A stretch of DNA of 64,000 bases from Octopus vulgaris (GCA_951406725.2 OX597830.1:22754001-22818000), one strand, 5' to 3'; positions 1 through 13,559 are shown, counted from the first letter of the stretch. The notes: a model not told the origin generated them from the sequence alone. Translations and numbers: made by a program.

Positions 1-129
1 TGTATGTGAGTGAATCACTGAGTGAGTGCGTGCGTATGCGTGTGCGCGCGTGCGTGTGAGTGAGTCAGTGAATGAGTGTGTGTGTGTGTGTGTGTGTGTG
101 CGCGTGTGTATGAATAGATATAGGTCTTT

Positions 130-513
130 TTTTTATATCTTTTACCTGTTTCAGTCATTGAATTTCCACCATTCCGGGGCTCAGTCTTGAAGGAATCCAT
201 TCCAGAACTTATTTTTTACAGTCTGGCTCTTATACTATCGGTGTATTTCGCCGAACTGTATACAAATAAACACCTTTTGTTAAGCAGTGGGGGCCAAGGA
301 CAGATACAAAGGCACACTCACACACACAAGCACGTACGCACACACACGACTATGATAGGATTCCACACAGTTTCCGGCAACCAAATTTACTCATAAGATA
401 TTGATCATCCTGGTCTATAGTAGAAGATACCCAAAATGCTGCGCACTAGGACTGAGTCAAGACCACGTGGTTGCAAGGCAAGCTTCTTAAACCACGTACA
501 CATGCCTGCGCCT
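130..513 (-). mobile_element. Old, diverged tRNA-headed SINE, family A
   Basis: Colinear with the reverse complement of family A: tail ttttacctgtttcagtcattg, internal (CA)n, gctatagtagaagatac-like segment, head end catgcctgcgcct. Confidence 0.7.
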
Positions 514-975
514 TTGTGTGAGCGTGTATGTGTGTGTGTGTATGCATGGCTGCGCCTATGCGTGTGTGTGTCTGTGTGTATGAAAGAGAAAGAGAGAGAG
601 AAGAATGTTATAGATAAAGATATACATATACATCATACATATCCATGCATACATACTTTGAGGCCGCGACTTGTTCACTGACAAAATTTCGTGCAGCACG
701 AAATTTTGTCAGGGTACAAGTCGCAGCACGGAATTGTTTCAAAGCGACAAAAAAATTTTGGCATATTAAATTTAAATGTTCAAGTGAATTTAACGGTTTT
801 TGTGTGTTTTAAAAGGCTTATAAACACCTTCTACACTGCAATTGTTTTTGTCTCAGCACACGATCTCAGATCAGGTAACTTGCTATGCAAGTACATCTCC
901 GTAATATATATATATACACACAGATGTATATACATATGTATACATATATATATATAGACATATATATACGTATGA

Positions 976-1036
<61 letters not shown>

Positions 1037-2269
1037 TACGTATGTCTATGTATATACGTGTCTACATTTTCACACCGAAGTTTCTGTCTGGAATTTCACT
1101 CACAAGACAATAGTGAACTCGGTTATAAGAGACCTGTCCAAAGTGTCACGCAATCGGATGGAATTTTGAACCACGCTTTTGTTTAGCAAATTCCTTAACC
1201 ATACGTCAATTCCTGCACTTATAAGAGAAATCGAAAATGAATATCGTACAGTGATAGCTAGCTTAATAATTGATGCAGTATTTCAGTTATCTTCGTAACG
1301 AATTTTCCTTCGGGAAATTTCTTGTATGTTAATCGGTTTTTCTATTGTTTTCTCTCTTGTATTTAACCACAAATAGTTACTCCTGGCATAATATCAGCTG
1401 CTTATATTTCAGCAAGTGTACATAAACGAATGTATGTATACAAATACAAATGCCTTCATATTATTATTATACGAGGACAGCGTGTGGGCAGAAATAAATG
1501 TATGTATGACGTTCTTTTTTTTAGCCACAGATCAGCCATGATAAAGTATATCTAAGATCAAAGTTGATCCAGCTGCTGGCCATCTCGTCTTTCATTCAGG
1601 CAAACTTTATTTACCTTCGACTGCATTATATAATGTAATTTTCCTTTTTAAAGATAATAAAATGTGAATTGACAGAGATTTTGGTTGCTATATCTAGCAG
1701 TTCGAAATCCCCTCTTGGCTCGTTTGGACTCAAGAATTGGTAGGGTTAGGTTTTTGATAGATTTTGTGCACTTCGTTATTTAACCCTCGGTCAGCTCTGA
1801 TTGAGCGAACTGACAATCAAAACTGATTTCACTGAGATCTACTCGTCTGTTCAGTTGTATTCTTTCTAAAACAGTATTTCCCAACCTAAGGTGGCAGGAC
1901 TCTCTGTATGCGTTTCAATTCCACTCAGAAGATGTGTATTGAAATTAAACTTCATCTGCCTATGAGTGAATTCCACTACGAAAGATTAAAGTAGATTGAG
2001 TTAGCCGATTATGCTTGTCCTCATGAAAGGTACTGGATTAACAAAAGCTTCTAGGACAACATTAAGCAAAGTATTTCTTTTGAAGGCAGTGGGATGCGAA
2101 TTGAAGGAGATTTTGGCTTTCATTTTCAGCAGGTCCAGACATTCCCATTGGCTCATTTTACACAAACAACACTTTCAATTTGTGAAGATAGTGGTTAAAG
2201 GAGTAAAATGCATAAATAATCGACACCAGTATATTGATGGTGTTATTGTATCATACATATTAATTAAAA

Positions 2270-2440
2270 TGGCTTCAAATTTTGGCACAAGGCCAGCAAC
2301 TTCGGGGAGGGAGTAAGTTGATAACAACGATCCCAGTACTCAAATGGTACTTATTTTATCGACCCCGAAAGGATGAAAGGTAAAATCAGCCTCGGCGGAA
2401 TTTGGACTCACGACGTAAAGACGGACAAAATGTTGCTAAG
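2270..2440 (-). mobile_element. SINE family B, partial
   Basis: ggtacttattttatcgaccccgaaaggatgaaagg...cctcggcggaatttggactca matches the family B core. Confidence 0.75.
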
Positions 2441-2551
2441 TAGTATAGTAGTGGTAGTAGTAGTAGTTGGGGCAGTAGTTGTTGGAGTTGTCCAGGTCCA
2501 AATTTCCCAAGATTGCTGTCTCTAAGGGCTAAAAAAAAAGAAAAGAACCTT

Positions 2552-2896
2552 GGACATGGCTGTGTGGTAAGAAGCTTGCTTACCAACCGGGTTCCGGGTT
2601 CAGTCTCACGTCGTGGCACCTTGGGCAAGTGCCTTCTACTATAGCCTCGGGCCGACCAAAGCCTTGTGAGTGGATTTGGTAGGCGGAAACTGAAAGAAGC
2701 CCGTCGTATATATATATATATTTATACATATGACAATGGATATTGGTGTGTTTACGTCCCCGTAACTTAGCGGTTCGACTAAAAACACCGATAGAATAAG
2801 TACTAGGCTTACAAAGAATAAGTCCTGGGTTCGATTAGTTCAACTAAAGGCGGTGCTCCAGCATGGCCGCAGATAAATGACAGAAACAAGTAAAAA
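2552..2896 (+). mobile_element. SINE family A
   Basis: A-box-like tggctgtgtgg, B-box-like gggttcagtc, ccttgggcaagtg core, internal (TA)n, tail ccagcatggccgcag...gaaacaagtaaaa. Confidence 0.85.
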
Positions 2897-3251
2897 AAAA
2901 AAGCAAAGAAAAACAAAAAATCGTATTTTAGTAGCGGAGAGCTCGAACTCTACTCTAGATGTTTGCATTTCTAGGAGCGCCAAACGACGAGCAAAACTGC
3001 AAAGCATTTTATTAAATCCAGAAGTTCTATCATTTCTGCCAATACACCGCCCAACTTTAGCCTGGAATGCTGACAAAGAAAATATGTTCAACAGCCAAAG
3101 ACTGCTTGTTATCAAGATGAATCGGTTGGCAATACTAAATATTTCTGTTGTAGACTATTAACAGAATATTTCTAACTTATTTTAAAAGAACACCGCGTTT
3201 ATTCATTTGTTTGTAATATTTGTTAACTTATCTTTTATTAACTTTATATTT

Positions 3252-3773
3252 TTTTACTTGTTTCAGTCATTGGACTGCGACCATGCTGGGGCACCGTTCT
3301 GAAGAATTTTAATCACCAAATCGACGCTAGTGCACGTTTCTTTTAAAGTCAGGTACTTATTCTATCGTGGAGGGCGGCGCAATGGCCCAGTGTTTAGGGA
3401 AGCGGACTCGCGGTCGGAGGATCGCGGTTTCGATTCCTAGAGCAGGGCGTTGTGTCTGTTTAGTGAGCGAAAACACGTAAAAACTTCACAAGGATCCGGC
3501 AGGGGGTGGTGGTGACCCTTGTTGTACTCTTTCATCCCAACTTTCTCTCACTCTCTCTTCCTGTTTCTTGAGTAACGCTGCGATGGACTGGCGTCCCGTC
3601 CAGCTGGCGGGAACACATACGCCACAGAAACCGGGAAACCGGGCCCATGAGCGTGGCTAGGCTTGAAAAGGGCAACTTTTATCGTTTTTTTTTACTTATT
3701 CTTGCCAAGCTGCTATATTGCGGGGACATATATAAACCAATGCTAGTTATCAAGCAGTGGTCGGAGAGTACCG

Positions 3774-3820
<47 letters not shown>

Positions 3821-3980
3821 AAAACGCACATATACGATTGGTTTCTACATAGTTTTCGGCTATCAAATCTAACTCACAAGGGATATAGTAGAAGATACTT
3901 GCTTAAGATGCCACGCACTGGGACTGAACTCATAACCACGTCGTTGCAAAGTGAGCGTCGTTACCACACAGCCATGTCTG
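3252..3980 (-). mobile_element. SINE family A (old), interrupted by a family C insertion
   Basis: Tail at 3252-3367 and remainder at ~3692-3980 are colinear with family A; tacttattct occurs on both sides of the insert. Confidence 0.7.
3372..3677 (+). mobile_element. tRNA-headed SINE family C
   Basis: Head ggcgcaatggcccagtg...ggtttcgattcc (A/B boxes); body gctgcgatggactggcgtcccgtccag...cagaaaccgggaaaccggg; near-identical to 30638-30959. Confidence 0.85.
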
Positions 3981-4002
3981 GTAATAAACATCTAGCACTG
4001 AG

Positions 4003-4053
<51 letters not shown>

Positions 4054-4090
4054 GCTACTGCTGCTGCTGCTGTTACTGCTACCACTACTA

Positions 4091-4306
4091 ATGGTTTCAA
4101 ATTTTTGGTACAAGGCCAGCAATTTCGGGGAGGGGGTAAGTCGATTACATCGACCCAGTACGCAACTGGTACCTATTTTATTGACCCCAAAAGGTTGATA
4201 GGCAAAGTCGACCCTGGCACAATTTGAATGCAGAACGCGAGGACGGACGAAATGCCGCTAAGCAATTTTGCCGGCGTGCTAAATGATTCTACCAGCTCGC
4301 CGCCTT
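4091..4306 (-). mobile_element. SINE family B (tail type 1)
   Basis: Reverse complement of aaggcggcgagctgg...gtcgactttgcc...ctgggtcgatgtaatcgact...ggccttgtacc. Confidence 0.8.
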
Positions 4307-4340
4307 AATATTAATAATAATGATGATGATGATGATGATA

Positions 4341-4494
4341 AGTCGTAGGAGTGGCTGTGGGGTAGCTTGCTTACCAACCACATGGTTCCGGGTTCAGTGC
4401 CACTGCGTGACACCTCGGGCAAGTGTCTTCTACTATAGCCTCGGCCCGACCAAAGCCTCATTTGGTAAATGGAAACTGAAAGAAGACCGTCGTA

Positions 4495-4562
<68 letters not shown>

Positions 4563-4827
4563 AACACACATATATGTATATGTATGTATGTGTGTGTGTG
4601 TGTGTGTATGCTTGTGTGTCTGTGTTTGTCCCCCCAACATCGCTTGACAATTGATGCTGGTGTGTTTACGTCCCCGTAACTTAGCGGTTCGGCAAAATAG
4701 ACCGATAGAATAAGTACTAGCCTTACAAAGAATAAGTCCTGGGGTCGATTTGCTCGACTAAAGACGGTACTCCGGCATGGCCGCTGTCAAATGACTGAAA
4801 CAAGTAAAAGAGTAAAAGAGTAAGAGT
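4341..4827 (+). mobile_element. SINE family A, full length
   Basis: Head, internal (TA)n(TG)n, tail ending (gtaaaaga)n. Confidence 0.9.
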
Positions 4828-5475
4828 AATAATGGGCGTCATGTCCGTCTGTCTGTTTGCCTGTCTGTCTGTTTGCCTGTCTGTCTGTCTGTTCCATCTT
4901 CACAATCAAACGGCTGGACTAATGGTCACGATGCTTTTCGGAAGTACGAAGAAGTTAATCAGGAAGGTTTTCAGCGAAAAAAAATCTGAAAAAATATGAT
5001 TATTTAATGGATATTGAGTTTTGTATGAATAAGTAACCTTTGAGTGTCGTATCTGTGAATATATTCCTTCTTAGCCAGGACTGAGCAGTAGGAGACAATA
5101 TATTTTATTGGTTCTTGTCCATCTAAGTTGATAAAGCAATGAAAATAGGTATTTGATAACTGTATTTTGATTTTGCTGTTTGCTAATAATTTAATTTTTG
5201 CCCATTCTTTTTCTTTTTATTTTTATAATTCTATTCATTCTCAAAAGAAAAACGAAAAAAAGAACATTGAGATTTTATCCTCCATTACACGACATTACAA
5301 TAGTAATTTGATCACGTGATTGTGAAAATCCCGAAGCGCCAGCTTAAGAAATTTAAGAACCTTGTTTCAGACCGGACAGAGAGAACTGGCCAGGAAACGA
5401 GTAAAATCCTTAACGAAAAAGGTCAAACTTGAGAATAGTCATATTTTTAGTATCACACGTACACGTACACACACA

Positions 5476-5511
<36 letters not shown>

Positions 5512-5605
5512 TACTTCCATATATATGCATAAGTGAAATATAGATAGACAGATACGCATATATATACATACATACATACATACATACATACATACATACA
5601 TACAT

Positions 5606-5639
<34 letters not shown>

Positions 5640-5761
5640 ATGCATACATATACACTCTCTCACTAACACTAACACATACATACATACATACATACATACA
5701 TACATACATACATACATACATACATACATACATACATACGTACATCTATCTATATATATAT

Positions 5762-5946
5762 ATAGTTAATCCAAACAAGAAAACACAAAAAACAACAACG
5801 CGAGGACGTGGAACAAATATAGTATTATTGGACGCTCAGGAAAGAAGGAAAGAAGGAGGGTTTAACGTTTCGAGCGGAGCTCTTCGTCGGAAACATAGGA
5901 GAAGGAAAGATCTAGAGAAGGGAAGTCAGAGGAAAAAAATCGCCAA
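5762..5946 (-). mobile_element. Short interspersed repeat carrying a hammerhead-like motif (putative Penelope-like pLTR fragment), copy 1
   Basis: Near-identical to 45379-45556; sits between (TA)n runs; contains gtttCCGACGAagagctccgctcGAAAcgTTaaac on the minus strand. Confidence 0.6.
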
Positions 5947-5967
5947 ATATATATATATATATTTTTT

Positions 5968-6354
5968 CTTTTTACTTGTTTCAGTCATTTGACTGCGGCC
6001 ATGCTGGAGCACCGATTTTAGTCGAGTAAATCGACCCCGTGACTTATTCTTTTTGTAAGCCCAGTACTTATTCTATCGGTATCTTTTTGCCGAACCTCTA
6101 AGTTACGGGACGTAAACACACCAGCATCGGTTGTCAAGCAATGCTAGGAGGACAAACACAGACACACACACATACATATATATATATACATATATACGAC
6201 AGGCTTCTTTCAGTTTCCGTCTACCAAGTCCACTCACTAGGTATTGGTCGGCCCGGGGCTATAGCAGAAGACACTTGCCCAAGATGCCACGAAGTGGGAC
6301 TGAACCCGGAACCATGTGGTTGGTTAGCAAGCTCCTTACCGCACAGCCACTCCT

Positions 6355-6358
<4 letters not shown>
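5968..6358 (-). mobile_element. SINE family A, full length
   Basis: Reverse complement of the family A consensus seen at 6911-7333. Confidence 0.9.
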
Positions 6359-6390
<32 letters not shown>

Positions 6391-6910
6391 GCATGCATAC
6401 ATATACAGACTCTCTCACTAACACTTATATGTACGTATTACGTTTGTCCGAAATAGTTTCCGTCTTACGCTTACAAAGTATTTGACAGCTCATACATTCA
6501 TATATGTACATACTTGCGCGCACGCACGCACGCATCACACACACACACACGTACAATCGCACAAATACATATACACGTATATGACGATAGGTGACGCGTA
6601 TTCGCAGCACAGTTTTCGTCCTTTCACTCACGATGGGATTGGCCAAGTCTCTCTCTCTCTCTTTCTTCCTTCTCCCTCTCTTCCTTCTTCCCCCCACCTC
6701 TCTCTCCGCTCACACACACACACCCAAACGTATAAAGTGACACGCAAAAATATTCCCAAAATAGCATAAAATCAATTGAAATTACACCCTAAAATAGGAC
6801 AAAAGTCTTTAGCATTAATGACAAGTCTTTTCAAGAATGACAAGAATAAACATCCGAAATTTAAATTGACGAAAAGTTGAATAAAGATATGCCGTAGGTG
6901 GAGAATGATA

Positions 6911-7333
6911 GGCGTAGGAGTGGCTGTGTGGTAAATAGCTTGCTTACGAACCACATGGTTCCTGGTTCAGTCCCACTGCGTAGCACCTTGGGCAAGTGTC
7001 TTCTACTATAGCTTCGGGCCGACCAAAGCCTTGTGAGTGGATTTGGTAGACGGAAACTGAAAGAAGCCCGTAGTATATGTGTGTATATGTGTACATATAT
7101 GTATATGTGTATGTGTGTGCATATGTTTGTGTGTCTCTGTTTGTCCCACCCCCCAACATCGCTTGACAACCGATGCTGGTGTGTTTACGTCCCCGTAACT
7201 TAGCGGTTCGGCAAAAGACACCGATAGAATAAGTACCAGGCTTACAAAGAATAAATCCTGGTGTCGATTTGCTCGACTAAAGGCTGTGCTCCAGCATGGC
7301 CACAGTCAAATTACTGAAACAAGTAAAAGAGTA
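6911..7333 (+). mobile_element. SINE family A, full length
   Basis: ggcgtaggagtggctgtgtgg head through gaaacaagtaaaagag tail. Confidence 0.9.
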
Positions 7334-7816
7334 TCAAGAAATGTATTATCTAATATGTCCCTTTTCTTTCCAAAACAGTCGTGAAGATGGCTGCTAATAC
7401 ATAGCAAATTGGATGACGGTCTTATTTGCTCTCTCATCGTCTCTGATTCTCACGTTGGCTGAAAACCTCGCTTGTAGTTCGTAAAAGGTGGTTAGGAATG
7501 GTAAGGAATAAGCTGGCTGGTACAGAAAATGTCTTATTGTTGGAAAAATAAACGATGTTGTTAATATGTGTATTTACTATAAACACAGTGAGTTATATCA
7601 TTTATTTAACCTCAAGGTTAGTCCTAGTTCAAGAAAAAAAAATAAAATCGTATGTTCATTGCTGGAGTGTTTTTTGTTACATCGCCAGTGACGATATATG
7701 GTGTGTGTGTGTGTGTGTGTGTGTATGCGCATTTGTGTGTTTGTGTGTATGTGTGTGTGTGTGTGTGTGCGTGAGTGTGTAACAATATATCATAGTGCTA
7801 AGTAAAACTGTATTCT

Positions 7817-8156
7817 GAGACCCCCTTCGGTCACGACACTGACCATGGGATTGAACCTAGAAAGTTACCCTCCCAGGCACAAGTCCGGGCAAGGTTGTTT
7901 ATGGAAGACCAGCAGTCGCCCATGCATACCGGCCTCCCCCCTCCACGCCACCAGTGTTATCCAAGGGAAAGGCAAAAGGGCCGATACAGCTTGGCACCTG
8001 TGACGTCGCAACTCATTTCTACAGCTGAGTGAACTGGAGCAACGTGAAATAAAGTGTCTTGCTCAAGAACACAACACGCAGCCAAGTCCGGGATTCGAGC
8101 TCACAACCTCACGATCGTAAGCTCGACGCTCTAACCATTGAGCCATGCGCCTTCAC
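7817..8156 (-). mobile_element. tRNA(Arg)-like-headed SINE family E
   Basis: Minus strand: gaaggcgcatggctcaatggttagagcg...cttacgatc...gagctcgaatccc then gttgtgttcttgagcaagacactttatttcacgttgctccag, shared with family D; different 3' half; aactgtat flanks both sides. Confidence 0.8.
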
Positions 8157-8439
8157 ATTATAACTGTATAACTCTTGTTATATTGCTTATGGATATAACT
8201 GTATAACAATAAGCAATATAATAAGAGTTGGTTATCTTATAACCGTTCGCAGAATAACAATCCAATATTCCAACGCAGAATTAGTAACGAGACTAACGCT
8301 CCCATAGTTCGATCGCATCTGTCTACTGGCTCATCAGTTTATAAGACTCGTCCAGTTCACTGTCACGTGCGGGGGTGTCAGTTCACTCCACAACAATTTT
8401 TCAACGTAGGCTAGCTTCATCAGGGCTGTATAATTGTTT

Positions 8440-8684
8440 CTACTATAGGCATAAGGCCTGAAATTTTGGGCGTATGTGTGTGTGTGTGTGTGTGTGGGGG
8501 GGGCTAACCGATTACGTCGACTCCAGTGCACAACTGGTACTTATTTTATCAACCCCAAATGAATGAAAGGCAAAGTCAACGTCGGTGGAATTAGGACACC
8601 GCTAAGTGACGGGGACGTAAACACACCAGCATCGGTTGTCAAGCGATGTTGGTGGGAACAAGCACAGACACAAACATATACACT

Positions 8685-8716
<32 letters not shown>

Positions 8717-8735
8717 TACATACATACATACATAC

Positions 8736-8781
<46 letters not shown>

Positions 8782-8895
8782 GTATATACATATATACGAC
8801 GGGCTTCTTTCAGTTTCCGTCTACCAAATCCACTCACAAGGCTTTAGTTGGCCCGATGTTATAGTAGAAGACGCTTGCCCAAGGTGCTACGCAGT

Positions 8896-8898
<3 letters not shown>
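8440..8898 (-). mobile_element. Truncated SINE B (8440-8590) abutting truncated SINE A (8596-8898)
   Basis: Both segments are colinear with the respective family copies elsewhere in the window. Confidence 0.75.
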
Positions 8899-8941
<43 letters not shown>

Positions 8942-9152
8942 TGTGGGTGTATACTTATACGCAACAGTGTATACTGTGTATGAATGTCGTTATTCTGCCT
9001 TGATCCTAGCAGACCTATAATGAAAAAACCTTTTGACATGACAAACACGCCTTTTTCTATTTTTGCTTTAAAGGTTAGTTCACTATTACTTCATCTTGAC
9101 CAATCCCCTTGTGAGTAGAATTTGGTTGGCCGAAACTGCGCAGAAGCTCGTC

Positions 9153-9155
9153 ATG

Positions 9156-9189
<34 letters not shown>

Positions 9190-9509
9190 TGTATGTATGT
9201 ATGTATGTATGTATGTATGTATGTATGTATGTATGTATGTATGTATGTATGTATGTATGTATGTATGTATGTATGTATGTAGGTATGTATGTATGTAGGT
9301 ATGTATGTATGTAGGTATGTATGTATGTATGTGTGTATGTATGTATGTATGTATGTATGTATGTATGTATGTATGTATGCATGTATGCATGTATGTATGT
9401 ATGTATGTATGTATGTATGTATGTATGTATGTATGTATGTGTATGTATGTATGTATGTATGTATGTATGCATGCATGTGCGTCTGTACGTACACACACAC
9501 AAACACACA

Positions 9510-9552
<43 letters not shown>
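9153..9552. repeat. (TATG)n then (CA)n microsatellite array
   Basis: Directly visible. Confidence 0.95.
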
Positions 9553-9556
<4 letters not shown>

Positions 9557-9814
9557 TACATTAAATGCACGACTGTGCTGAAAGTTTCATCTTTTATATT
9601 TCAGATGCTTCGTAAGGTTTTATTAGTTTTTCTTTCTCGTTGACCTAGCTAGTTTAGTATAATACTGTTTCTAAATTCATATTCAATGTTTCCGGATCTT
9701 CGTAGTCCTATTTTCAAGAATTGATTACAGCGGATTTTTGTCATAATGTAATCGTAGAAATCGATATACGCATCGATATCAAAGCTGCTGAAACAGCTGT
9801 TGTGAAATTGTAAA

Positions 9815-9969
9815 GGCGTAGGGATGGCTGTGTTGTAAGTAGCTTGCTTACGAACCACATGGTTCTGGGTTCAGTCCCACTTTGGGTAAGTGTCTTCTAC
9901 TATAGCCTCGGACCGACCAAATCCTTGTGAGTGGATTTGGTTAAGGGAAACTGAAAGAAGCCTGTCGTA

Positions 9970-10043
<74 letters not shown>

Positions 10044-10256
10044 TGTGTGTGTATGTGTTTGCGTGTCTGTGTTTGTTCCCCCAACATCGCTTGACAACAG
10101 ATGCTGGTGTGTTTACGTCCCCGTGAGTTAGCAGTTCGGCAAAATAGACCGATAGAATAAGTACTAGCCTTACAAAGAATATGTCCTGGGGTCGATTTGC
10201 TCGACTAAAGGCGGTGCTCCAGCATGGCCACAGTCAAATGACTGAAACAAGTAGAA
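9815..10256 (+). mobile_element. SINE family A
   Basis: Head, internal (TA)n(TG)n and tail match other copies. Confidence 0.9.
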
Positions 10257-10289
10257 GACCATTTATTTTTTTCTACTCAAATATGCACA

Positions 10290-10340
<51 letters not shown>

Positions 10341-10953
10341 TCACACACACACACACACGCACGCACACACGCACGCACATACATATTATGTATATCGGTC
10401 TAAAACCTGATGTTGCTAATGTCTTATCAGTTTATCCTTTCACATTCCGTGACCTAGCGTTTCATTAAATAGATATGGATAAAATGAGCACAAGACCGAG
10501 ATAAATACGCGACTTATTACACTCTGTAACAAAATTTATATATATTTTTTGTCTTTGGTGATTAAGTGTTATTTTCTATTTGCTTCTATCTAGAAATTAA
10601 AGGAAATGACTACTATTCCCTTCAAACTTTGCTTTTGTGACCTGGACATCAATGTTTTGAAAGTGATCTATTTTCCATTACATTTCAAAAATATTCAGCG
10701 CTGAGTTGCTGAAGCAGAAATATCGTTATAACAAATATTCTGCTCAATATCAGAGATCTGCTTGTTAGTTGCTTGAACTTAACCACTTGAATATGTCCCT
10801 TAGTGGCTGACAATATGAGCATCTGCATCTCTGATCATGAGCAGGAGTAGTGGGGGAGCATCATAGTCATATGTTGAGAGGGATTCTTTGGTGTTAGAAT
10901 ACATGCAACAAAAGCAAAGGCTGAAGGAAATATTAACCATTTTTCATACATTC

Positions 10954-11370
10954 TAGGGGTTGGCTGTGTGGTAAGTAGCTTGCTTACCAACCACATGGTT
11001 CCAGGTTCAGTCCCACTGCATGGCACCTTGGGCAAGTGTCTTCTCTTATAGCCTCGGGCCGACCAAAGCCTTGTGAGTGGATTTGGTAGACGGAAACTGA
11101 AAGAAGCCTGTCGTATATATGTGTATATATATATGTGTGTGTGTGTGTGTATGTTTGTGTGTCTGTGTTTGTCCCCCCTCAACATCGCTTGACAACTGAT
11201 GCTGGTGTGCGCTTATGTTCCCGTCACTTAGCGGTTCGGCAAAAGAGACCGATAGAATAAGTACTAGGCTTACAAAGAATAAGTCCTGGGGGTAGATTTG
11301 CTCGACTAAAGGCGGTGCTCCAGCATGGCCGCAGTCAAATGACTGAAACAAGTAAAAGAGTAAAAGAGTA

Positions 11371-11371
<1 letters not shown>
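10954..11371 (+). mobile_element. SINE family A
   Basis: Head, internal microsatellite and (gtaaaaga)n tail. Confidence 0.9.
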
Positions 11372-11420
<49 letters not shown>

Positions 11421-12186
11421 GAAATAACAGCTGATGCCCAAGGACAAAATTCGTGTTACACAGTGTTATGAACGACTCAACTAAAAACACACACAGATTA
11501 AAAAGAAAGCAACAAAAATATTGTCGCTTGGTGGTGGCCCAGTATGACTGCAGTCCAACGGCAGAAATTAATATAGTATATGAATACAATATATTACCAT
11601 CCAACCCCTTCAAAACTGTTTATTGGTTGTACCAAACAAAACCCCAAGATAAGAAACGATTTATAAATATAACATCCGTTACTCTAAAAGTGGACATACT
11701 GATCATTGTGTCATGTGACCTTCAAACGCCGATGAAACGACAAATATCAGATGGAGGCTCTAAATAGAAAATATAGAAAGGAAATACGAGAAATTAAAGA
11801 TAAAAATAAAATAAGACATAATAATGTAAGAGCAATGTCGTGTATTTCTTTTGAAATATTTCCGATGTGTATATAATATATATATATATATATATAATCA
11901 GTTTAATATGTAAGCATGCATGTATAGTATGTGTGTGTGTGTGTACGTACGTGTGTGTGTGGTGTGTGTAAATATGTTATGTATGTGTGTGTGTATATTT
12001 ATATGTATATATATGTATACACACACACACACGCAAACACGCACACACACACTCACACACACACACATATATATATATACATATACATATGCACACATAT
12101 GCATACATATATATTATACATTCATATGTGTGTATGCAAAAACACGTATATATATATATTTATATATATTTATATGTATATATATG

Positions 12187-12277
<91 letters not shown>

Positions 12278-12463
12278 TCATATATATACATATGCACACA
12301 TATATATACATATATATTATACATTCATATGTGTGTATGCAAAAACACGCATATATATATTTATATATATATATGTATGTATGTATGTATGTGTAACGAG
12401 GGAGAGACAGATTGGAAGAAAGAGAGGGAGAGGGTGAGAGAAAGAGAGACGGTGAGATAGAGT

Positions 12464-12549
<86 letters not shown>

Positions 12550-12760
12550 CAGACACTGAAGTACATTCATGTAATCATAAATCCAAACATTATTAGACGC
12601 AATCATAACACATTTGCATACATACATACATACATACATACATTCACACACATACACGCACACACATATACATAAATACGTACATATATATATGTATATA
12701 TATATATATATATACATACACACACACATACATACATACATTCATACATACATACATACA

Positions 12761-12807
<47 letters not shown>

Positions 12808-12900
12808 ATGTCGGAATTAGAGCTGCAAGTGAAGTATGTGGTAAATTTGGCTCAGGTTACGATGGAATGCAGTGGAGTATACAGTAAAATGTTTCTGTAC

Positions 12901-12919
12901 TGACCGCCAGGTGGCGCCG
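12901..12919 (+). promoter_or_regulatory. CTCF consensus motif
   Basis: TGACCGCCAGGTGGCGCCG fits the bilaterian CTCF core (CCRSYAGRKGGCRS) at every position, in a short unique island between microsatellites; binding not shown. Confidence 0.45.
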
Positions 12920-13260
12920 CCAGTTCCGCTTCAGCGTTATCGTTTTATATTATTACAAACAAGTTACTGCGAGTCTGCGGATGTATGTGTGTGTGTCTGT
13001 GAATGTAATGTGCTTATGCATACGTATGTATGTATGTATGTATGTATGTATGTATGTATGTATGTATGTATGTATGTATGTATGTATGTATGTATGTATG
13101 TATGTATGTATGTATGTATGTATGTCACTCTAAGAGCATGCGTTTGCTTTTGCATGCGCGCTAGATCGCGTTTCACGGTATATTTTGCACTGCATGCATT
13201 AGCGGGTTTATGGACATGTATATACACCAACTCACACGCATGCATAGACACACACATACT

Positions 13261-13291
<31 letters not shown>

Positions 13292-13559
13292 ATACACACA
13301 TTCATACACACTTATAATGGGTGTAATCGTCACGCAATATGTATTGCATATATGCATGTATGTATATTCATATCTGTGTGAGACTATGTGTTTGCGCGTG
13401 TGTTTATGTGTGTGCGATTCTCTGTGCATGTGAATGCATTATGTGTGTATGTTTGTGTGTGTATGTGTGTGTGTGTGTATGTGATTGTAACTAATATGTG
13501 TGCGTGTGTGTGTATTTACTTACAATAAGACAGAAAGTCCTGAAGATATTTAAAAATGG

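Noticed and set aside
1520-2150. Recurring motifs (tgatc..gcagacctatgatcaaag-like; gattttggctgctatttctagcag-like), also near 8997, 22945, 24136 and 33897
   Set aside because: Probably an old dispersed repeat, but too diverged to delimit or classify by eye
8170-8229. ~20-bp AT-rich hairpin as a pre-miRNA
   Set aside because: Short, AT-rich, adjacent to a SINE target-site duplication; nothing supports processing
8385-8428. Minus-strand CTGATGA...GAAA hammerhead-like string
   Set aside because: Stem II is only 3 bp with a wobble and there is no stem I or valid stem III
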